Positions 57,297 through 64,000 of a stretch of 64,000 nucleotides of DNA are shown piece by piece. The notes beneath the pieces are model-generated. The model had not been told where the DNA came from. It made no database searches and worked only from the letters and a program-made list of their open reading frames with translations. The position numbers and the translations under genes were made by a program. The stretch is from an uncultured Thiomicrospira sp. (GTDB lineage: Bacteria > Pseudomonadota > Gammaproteobacteria > CAKMZV01), in contig OZ239628.1 in assembly GCA_965195345.1 (NCBI GenBank), positions 1,440,001 to 1,504,000 of the forward strand, in the 5' to 3' direction. Numbering within the stretch: position 1 is the stretch's first letter; each line of letters starts with the position of its first letter.

Positions 57297-58940
57297 ATGG
57301 CACATCATATTGATTTAGATGATATTCAAGGTAATATTATTAGAGGGTACGGTCGATATAGCTTTCCGAAGGCACGCTATTTTTTCTTACATATTGAAGA
57401 TGCGTCCGCAGGTCGAAAATTTATTAATAAGGTCACACATAAAATAACAACGGCGGCTCACTGGAATTCAGACAAGCCTCTTGTAACATTAAATATTGGA
57501 TTTACCTTTACGGGATTGATGCAATTATCTTTGCCCATAAGAACATTGCAAGCTATGCCCAATGATTTTATTGAAGGCATGAAAGCTAGGGCATTCATTT
57601 TAGGAGATGATACAAACTATAGTCTTGATAATGATAAGTGGTGCGCACATTGGGATCCGATTTGGAAAGAAAATCGCACTGAAAATAATAAAAATAATAA
57701 AAATAATGTGCACATTTGGATATCCATAAATGCGCAAGTACATGAGGGTACGGACGAAGCAGTCCCTGCATTAGAAGAGCAAACAGAGTGGCTTAGGAAT
57801 GTTTGTGAAGAATTACAGCAGAAGGTCCGTATTTTGACAACTAATGGACAAAAAGGAAACGAAGAATATCAGTCAGCTTCTGCTATTTTTGATACCCTTC
57901 CCAATGGACTAAAAGTGCCAACAGCTAAAGAGCACTTTGGTTTTACTGATGGGATTGGTAATCCTGTTTTTGAAGGTCAATTTCCTGAAGAGGTCATGAA
58001 AAAACGTGTTATAGGTTCAGGAAAATGGATGACTAAGTCTCAAGGTTGGCAACCGCTTGCAACGGGTGAGTTTATACTTGGTTATCCAGACGAGAGCCAA
58101 GAGCTACCACCAACGACTGTACCATGGAATTTTACACGAAATGGTACTTTTATGATTTATCGTAAACTACATGAAAATGTGGATACTTTTGCAGAAGTTA
58201 TCGCAGAAGAGGCAAAAAACTATGCTGAAATCATGAATATTGATATTGAGCAGGCTGAAACAACCTTAAAAGCCAAGGTAGTTGGTCGGTGGCCTGATGG
58301 TGTCCCTCTTTCTCTCGTACCAACATACCAAGATTGGATAGCATTTAAAAAAGAAAAAGGATTTGACAATCCTAATCCATTAGAAGCGGCCATTTCATTT
58401 CGAAATTATTACTTTTCGGATGAACCCGCTAATTTTAAATACGGCGATGATATGCAGGGTATTAAGTGCCCTGTTACTAGTCATTTACGCCGTGCTAACC
58501 CACGAGATTACCTAGATCCCCATAATAAATCTAAGGGTAATAACGCTGATGCTACTACGCAATTGAGCAATAGACGGCGCATATTACGTCGTGGACTTCC
58601 CTATGGCCTCCCCGAACTGGGTAAGGGTAACAATCAAACTGAACAGGGTGTTATATTTATGGTTGTATGTACTAGTATCTTTAGGCAGTTCGAATTTGTA
58701 CAACAGCAGTGGATGGAGTATGCATTGGATTTTAATGCTGGTAATAATACATGCCCTTTAATAGGCAACCATATTAAACATAAAAATCATATTGTTCCAT
58801 CAGATCCTACGAGCAAAAAAATGCCTTATGTTATGAGCGATTTAAAAAATTTTGTTGAAACACGTGGTGGTGATTACTTTTTTATTCCGTCAATTAGTGC
58901 CTTGCAAATGATGGCAATGGGAATCATTGATCCAACTTAA
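57297..58940 (+). CDS. DyP-type heme peroxidase
   Basis: DIQGNI, EHFGFTDGIGNP (GxxDG), YRKL, proximal SHLRRANPR, distal ILRRGLPYG, RQFEFVQQQW, FVETRGGDYFFIPS. No signal or Tat peptide. Confidence 0.93.
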   Translation: MAHHIDLDDIQGNIIRGYGRYSFPKARYFFLHIEDASAGRKFINKVTHKITTAAHWNSDKPLVTLNIGFTFTGLMQLSLPIRTLQAMPNDFIEGMKARAFILGDDTNYSLDNDKWCAHWDPIWKENRTENNKNNKNNVHIWISINAQVHEGTDEAVPALEEQTEWLRNVCEELQQKVRILTTNGQKGNEEYQSASAIFDTLPNGLKVPTAKEHFGFTDGIGNPVFEGQFPEEVMKKRVIGSGKWMTKSQGWQPLATGEFILGYPDESQELPPTTVPWNFTRNGTFMIYRKLHENVDTFAEVIAEEAKNYAEIMNIDIEQAETTLKAKVVGRWPDGVPLSLVPTYQDWIAFKKEKGFDNPNPLEAAISFRNYYFSDEPANFKYGDDMQGIKCPVTSHLRRANPRDYLDPHNKSKGNNADATTQLSNRRRILRRGLPYGLPELGKGNNQTEQGVIFMVVCTSIFRQFEFVQQQWMEYALDFNAGNNTCPLIGNHIKHKNHIVPSDPTSKKMPYVMSDLKNFVETRGGDYFFIPSISALQMMAMGIIDPT

Positions 58941-58967
58941 AATAAGCCAAAAAAATCAGATAATTTT

Positions 58968-60317
58968 ATGAATGTTTTAATTTTAATTTGGCGTTATATA
59001 TTAAGTTTATTAGATGCATTAAGGGCTATTTCTTGCTTGCTCTATTTAACAGTGCGTTGTTTGTTTGGCAAACATACTTTTAAGATGAACTTTTCACAGT
59101 TATTTGATCGAGTTGCAACTCAACGTCTTGTTTTTAGTGTTCTTCGTATTTTTAAGCCTAACTTGTCGCTTGCTAAAATTATTTTCAAATCATATCATAA
59201 TACAGGAACTGTTCTCGTTACAAGACGGCAGGATGTCTTAGATGTACTTTCGCGTAATGCTGACTTTGAAGTTACCTATGGTTCTAGAATGAAAAAATTG
59301 ACCGATGGTGATAACTTTTTTTTAGGTATGCAACCTTCTGCAGATTATCAAAGAAATGTTTCAATGATGCGTTTGGCTGCGCGGCAAAGTGATGTTAGTA
59401 GCATTGTTGTTCCAAGAGCTAAGATTATAGCGCAAGATGCTATTAATCAGTCTAAAGGAAAAATCGACCTTCCAACAGAACTTACAAAAAAAGCACCTTG
59501 GGATATGGTTGCGACTTATTTTGGCACTCCTGGTGAAAATCCTGAAATGATGCAGCATTGGGCCACGACTTTATTTTGGTATTTATTTAACGATGTAGAT
59601 GCGAATGACTCACTTGATAAAACCTCTTTGGGCATAGCAAGGGACCTGTGTGCTTACTTAGATAAAACAATTCAAGCGCGCAAAGACAACCCTAATTCTG
59701 ATGATGATTTAATCAATAGATGCTTATCGTTACAAACAACAAATCCAGATATTATTACCGATATAAACATTCGTAACAATCTACTCGGGTTAATTATTGG
59801 CGCTATACCAACGATATCCAAAGCATGTTGTTTTGCTATAGATGAGCTATTTCGTCGCCCAGAAGAACTGGAAAAAACAATGCAAGCGGCTAGGAATAAT
59901 GATGATGATTTAATGGCACAGTACTTGTGGGAAGCATTACGATTTAACCCTCTTAATCCCATTATATTTCGTCGTGCTGCACGCGATACCACGATTGCTA
60001 GAACGTCTCTACGTCAGCAAAAAGTTAAGCAAGGGCAAATGGTTCTAGCAGCAAATCTTTCAGCAACTTTTGATAGAAAAGAAATACCTTCTCCAAATGA
60101 TTTTTTGGTAAATAGAGAATGGGAAACATACATTACTTGGGGCTATGGTATGCATAAGTGTTTTGGAGCAACGATCAATAAAGCAATCATTCCAACGATA
60201 TTAAAACCGTTATTGTGTACAAAAAACTTAAGAAGAGCACCTGGAAAAGCAGGGAAGATAGATACAGAAAACACCCCTTTCCCTATGCATTTTCATGTTG
60301 AATTTGATGTAAGTTAA
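58968..60317 (+). CDS. Cytochrome P450 with an atypical I-helix
   Basis: ExxR (WEALRFNP), heme-Cys motif WGYGMHKCFG, I-helix IIGAIPTIS. Confidence 0.92.
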   Translation: MNVLILIWRYILSLLDALRAISCLLYLTVRCLFGKHTFKMNFSQLFDRVATQRLVFSVLRIFKPNLSLAKIIFKSYHNTGTVLVTRRQDVLDVLSRNADFEVTYGSRMKKLTDGDNFFLGMQPSADYQRNVSMMRLAARQSDVSSIVVPRAKIIAQDAINQSKGKIDLPTELTKKAPWDMVATYFGTPGENPEMMQHWATTLFWYLFNDVDANDSLDKTSLGIARDLCAYLDKTIQARKDNPNSDDDLINRCLSLQTTNPDIITDINIRNNLLGLIIGAIPTISKACCFAIDELFRRPEELEKTMQAARNNDDDLMAQYLWEALRFNPLNPIIFRRAARDTTIARTSLRQQKVKQGQMVLAANLSATFDRKEIPSPNDFLVNREWETYITWGYGMHKCFGATINKAIIPTILKPLLCTKNLRRAPGKAGKIDTENTPFPMHFHVEFDVS

Positions 60318-60944
60318 TGCAAGTATTGAGTTACTCCCCCTCGTATTAGCACTCTTTGGCATTGACAATCCATTGAATGGAACCATCTTATAGACGCGTG
60401 CTCAACTTGCTAATAAAAAACCACCATTCAATGTCAACAAGGGCTTCTCCATCTTCAAATATTGATTTGTATGTAATAGTTTTCACGATCTGCAACAAGA
60501 TTTAATGCATTTTCTTTTGTAGCAATTACTGGTCAGATAGGGTCACCAATCCGAAATGTAATGGTGAATGCATTCATAAGTCGACATTACCTCCGTATTC
60601 AATTGAATACGAAAAAAGAAGCCTTTGCGTTCTCAGAACTTGCTTGAGTGTGAACTGCAATTGTTCAAGCATATAAAATAAATCAAAAATAGCAAATGTT
60701 TATCCACCTTAGCTCCCAATTTTTGACCACACCTTTACTTTCAACTTTACATCATATCTATAAGTGATACTGGTTTTTTCTGTACATAGCATAGCGTAAA
60801 ATCGAATGCTCCTACGCCCTTTAAATAATTTGAAAGAGGCTCATCGCTATAGGGATTATCCGCACAAAATAGTGCCATGTTTCTACCACTTAAACTGAAG
60901 AAACTACAAGTCTTTTTTAAGTCTTAATTACTCGTGCTGATTAT

Positions 60945-61151
60945 TCATCTTATTTTTTCTACTTCCTTAGCTTGATCGATAAAAGCTGATAGTGATTTTA
61001 AAATATGAACTATGCTAAAAATGAAAATGCCATGTTGGACACCAATATGATTAAATTCTCTAAATATGTCATGAGCTGAAGTAATTAGCAAGACTATACC
61101 AACAAATAATTTTAACCATCTATTTTGAGAAAAACGTATCAACCAAGACAT
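60945..61151 (-). CDS. Small hypothetical membrane protein
   Basis: 68 aa with two hydrophobic segments and an AAGGA RBS. Confidence 0.6.
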   Translation of the reverse strand: MSWLIRFSQNRWLKLFVGIVLLITSAHDIFREFNHIGVQHGIFIFSIVHILKSLSAFIDQAKEVEKIR

Positions 61152-61741
61152 GTTTTATTTCCTTCTAATTATGAGTGACATCCTTTCCTCTTTGCTGCAA
61201 GCAACCTTATTTGGGCAATAAAAATTGATTTTATGTACCTATTATAATTCTAAAACCCAATTATCCCTTTTCTCTCAGTTTCTCTCAGTTAAATTTGACA
61301 AACAAAAATCTCCTTTAAACCTTGATACTTTGAATTATTATAAATTATCTTTTAAATAGCTAATATTTTTTAGCAATAGACTTTAATTAAATCAAGTGAT
61401 TAATTGTCATCCAATGAAGCAAGGCTTAAGATTTTGTGGGAGCATGACGATAATATAAACTATTGTAAGCTACCCTGCCTCATTGAGGCATTTAGAACAT
61501 ACATTCTTGAGTTTTATTGTGAATATTTGTCCTTAAATTTAAGAGCACTATTGGTCCATTATGATTCCTTATCATATACGCCAGGTATCCTAGCGTTTCA
61601 ACCATCATTGCATAAGTTGATGGTCTACCAATCCCCCACATGCGTTTAGACGCTTAACAGGAGAAACCTCTATTTTTAAGTGTGACAGCTAAAGGGTAGT
61701 CTACAATATGAATTCTTTAGAAAAATCATTATGGTGTTACT

Positions 61742-62305
61742 ATGAAAATTATCGATCATATTTTATCTTTTTCTGATTTGAAAGATGTGGACGAAGGGGC
61801 AGAACCCGCTCCGCATCAACCGGAAATATTACTCATTGCATGTGTTGATGCAAGAAAAGATCCTATTGCTGATTTAGGCATTCCTAAAGGCAAAGCCATT
61901 ATCATGAGAAATATTGCCGCTCTTGTTTCTCACCATTCAGTGCCACTTAACGAGAGGTTAATCATAAGTTCCACTTTAGAATTTTCTGTTAAGATATTGA
62001 AAGTAAAACATATTGTTGTTATGGGGCACACACATTGTGGAGGCATAAAGGCTTCCTTAACAGGAGTTGATTTACCATCTTTAGACCTTTACTTAAGAAG
62101 CTTTTTACCTGTTGATGATACACTTAATGATGAAAATTTATCATTAGAAGAAAAATGTCGCCATCTTGAAGAAAAAGCCGTTGCCTTTAGTGTTGATAAT
62201 CTAAAATCGTATGACTTTATTAGCGACGCCGTTAATAATGGTTCTTTATCACTGCATGGTTGGGTGCTTGATACTGCCAGCGGTAAGATTAATGTTGTTA
62301 CTTAG
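61742..62305 (+). CDS. Beta-class carbonic anhydrase
   Basis: ACVDAR, RNIA, EFSV..LKV..IVVMGHTHCGG, LHGW..D..SG. Confidence 0.92.
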   Translation: MKIIDHILSFSDLKDVDEGAEPAPHQPEILLIACVDARKDPIADLGIPKGKAIIMRNIAALVSHHSVPLNERLIISSTLEFSVKILKVKHIVVMGHTHCGGIKASLTGVDLPSLDLYLRSFLPVDDTLNDENLSLEEKCRHLEEKAVAFSVDNLKSYDFISDAVNNGSLSLHGWVLDTASGKINVVT

Positions 62306-62375
62306 GGCGTGTTAAAAGACGCTTATTGTCGAACCGTCGAACCAGCATTCTCACCAAGACTGCCTCAGCATCAAA

Positions 62376-62408
62376 ATAAAAAAAGACACCGGTGGCGTCC
62401 CTTTTATT
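62376..62408 (-). terminator. Hairpin terminator, probably the original tRNA-Ser terminator (may also serve the carbonic anhydrase gene)
   Basis: Minus strand AAAAGGGACGCC...GGTGTCTTTTTTT immediately after the tRNA 3'-end remnant. Confidence 0.65.
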
Positions 62409-62409
62409 C

Positions 62410-62427
62410 TGGCGGTGAAAGAGGGAT
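62410..62427 (-). repeat. Duplicated 3' end of tRNA-Ser (att-like)
   Basis: TGGCGGTGAAAGAGGGAT vs TGGCGGTGAAGGAGGGAT at 63788-63805 (17/18 match). Confidence 0.8.
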
Positions 62428-62467
62428 ATGTACAGACCTATGTATAAAGGGTTTCAGCCACTGCAAT

Positions 62468-62746
62468 CTACGTACCGTACACTACCGCTATAATCATAAC
62501 GATAAGAAAACCATTTATTTGCATGTGAAAGAAAAATATAATGCCGAATACCAACGAAATATAGTGGTTTTTTTTGAATTTATAAGCATATACAGTGCTT
62601 GATAATATAGAAAAGAGCAGCGTTGATATAATGTATGCCGAAGGGAACGTTTCACCAAAGACGTCATCAATCGAGAAAATCAATACTCCAAAATAGAGTC
62701 CTAACATTGTTAGTGAAATAACTAAAAAAATTAATGTTTTTTTCAC
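62468..62746 (-). CDS. Small hydrophobic membrane protein
   Basis: 92 aa with about three transmembrane segments, GTG start. Confidence 0.6.
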   Translation of the reverse strand: MKKTLIFLVISLTMLGLYFGVLIFSIDDVFGETFPSAYIISTLLFSILSSTVYAYKFKKNHYISLVFGIIFFFHMQINGFLIVMIIAVVYGT

Positions 62747-62845
62747 AATGCGTTTGTTTTTTTATGCTTATCTGTCCCAGTGTGCGTTTTGCCATTCATT
62801 CCAAATAAACAATTTGTGTGATAAATATATTTCATAAATCTTGAA

Positions 62846-63145
62846 TTAAGGTAAACTAATAATTAAAATCAAGAAACAATAGATGAGTATTATCTGTATT
62901 GGGCCTATTAAGAGACCAAATAATGTGTATTCATATACATTTTTTCCATGAATCTTTGCAAACAACAAAGCCCAAGGCACCCCCGAAAATACCAATAGAA
63001 AATAGACGATAAAGATAATCAAAAAATCACGAGGAGACCATGCGAAGTAAATATTATTTTTGGTTAATATTAATAGAAAAATCGAAATTAAATATATCAA
63101 TATAACCAGTATATTGGCAATTTGGTATTTTATTGTCCTAGTCAA
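62846..63145 (-). CDS. Small hydrophobic membrane protein
   Basis: 99 aa with about three transmembrane segments, TTG start. Confidence 0.6.
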   Translation of the reverse strand: MTRTIKYQIANILVILIYLISIFLLILTKNNIYFAWSPRDFLIIFIVYFLLVFSGVPWALLFAKIHGKNVYEYTLFGLLIGPIQIILIYCFLILIISLP

Positions 63146-63241
63146 TGGTTGGTACCCTATTCATCATTTAATTACTATCCACTGTACACATACAACAACC
63201 AATCTGATGGCGTGTACACTAATAAGCATGTGCTTCATACT

Positions 63242-63433
63242 TTATTGTGCCCCCCAGTCTGGGTGATTGTCAACATAAATACTGCTATTGCTGAGGACTT
63301 CACCCAAGTGCATAACAGTGTCCAAAGCACCATTTAATGGGTCTCGAGCATCATAATGTACGTAAACACCAGACTTACCAAGATCCGTAGTTAAGTGATA
63401 TCCACCAGGCAACCTTTGATTCCATTGGTGGTT
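63242..63433 (-). pseudogene. Start-less C-terminal fragment of an unknown protein
   Basis: Open frame NHQWNQRLPGGYHLTTDLGKSGVYVHYDARDPLNGALDTVMHLGEVLSNSSIYVDNHPDWGAQ*, beginning where the MAT similarity ends. Confidence 0.45.
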
Positions 63434-63558
63434 TCCTCTGCTATGGTATCAGCCAGAGTATCAGGATGCCCGACACCTTTTCTTTCAACATATTCACTTT
63501 CCTTAAGTGAAGGTGTCACATCTTTAGAAAATTCGAATGAAAGATTAGTGTTCAGCAT
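63391..63558 (-). pseudogene. Archaeal-type S-adenosylmethionine synthetase N-terminal fragment
   Basis: 55-aa ORF containing EYVERKGVGHPDTLADTIAEE, the ERKGxGHPD signature of archaeal-type MAT. Confidence 0.8.
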
Positions 63559-63787
63559 AAAATAAATCAAAATTTACTGTTTAATTTCATTCCAAGGGCT
63601 GATGTTCCAGCCATATGGATATAGGCAGTTTTTCGATCTCGCAAAAATGGGACAAAACCTACTGGTCCAGCAAGGATTTCATTTCCTAAATCCATTAGAC
63701 CAGCATTTGCAATATATGAGCGTTCGAATCCCACACGATGCGGGGCTTTGTCAAACATTTAAGTTATTGATTTAAGTGCGTTTTATA

Positions 63788-63878
63788 TGGCGGTGAAGGA
63801 GGGATTCGAACCCTCGATGCGCTATTAACACATACTCCCTTAGCAGGGGAGCGCTTTCAGCCGCTCAGCCACTTCACC
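63788..63878 (-). tRNA. tRNA-Ser(GCT)
   Basis: GGTGAAG/CTTCACC acceptor stem, anticodon arm CTCCC-CTGCTAA-GGGAG, long variable arm, GGTTCGAATCC, encoded CCA. Confidence 0.96.
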
Positions 63879-64000
63879 GGTTAGATTATGCAGTCCAGAT
63901 TTTGCAGGCGAGATTATAGCAGAGCAGCCTGCTTCTTTAGTGGATTGTGTTTATTTATATTCAGCTTTCTTATTGAACGCGCTTAAATCTAAATTAAAAG

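Noticed and set aside
60318-60944. Possible decayed gene(s) downstream of the P450
   Set aside because: Only short interrupted frames with no recognisable motif, so no call can be supported.
61404-61649. 81-aa ORF upstream of the carbonic anhydrase
   Set aside because: TTG start, no RBS or motif. Cannot be distinguished from a chance ORF.
63567-63758. 63-aa ORF next to tRNA-Ser as an integrase remnant
   Set aside because: No tyrosine- or serine-recombinase motifs. Left unassigned.

Overview
Chromosomal window from an AT-rich Gammaproteobacterium. This is supported by the zipA-ligA, sspAB, aceA-aceK and ubiG-gph-yciK gene order, the 16S sequence and the tmRNA tag ANDENYALAA. Positions 1-35.8 kb are mostly housekeeping genes with some atypical members: a HemY-type protoporphyrinogen oxidase, two mevalonate-pathway genes, an SDR-alkyltransferase fusion and a DHH phosphoesterase. 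Next come tmRNA, tRNA-Val(GAC) and a stand-alone 16S rRNA gene with its own promoter, processing stem and terminator, with no 23S in the window. Positions 40.5-64 kb are accessory DNA. They hold a hydantoinase/oxoprolinase catabolic operon and a decaying AT-rich biosynthetic-like cluster (deacetylase, arylamine N-acetyltransferase, PhyH dioxygenase, glycosyltransferase-like protein, GTP cyclohydrolase II-NADAR fusion, several pseudogenes). They also hold an intact four-gene operon (two related hypothetical proteins, a DyP peroxidase and an atypical P450), a carbonic anhydrase and tRNA-Ser(GCT). Three small integrase-free islets are each bracketed by a duplicated gene 3' end (tRNA-Val, hpcH-like aldolase, tRNA-Ser). 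No CRISPR array, intact integrase or transposase was seen. All product calls come from manual motif recognition, not database searches.
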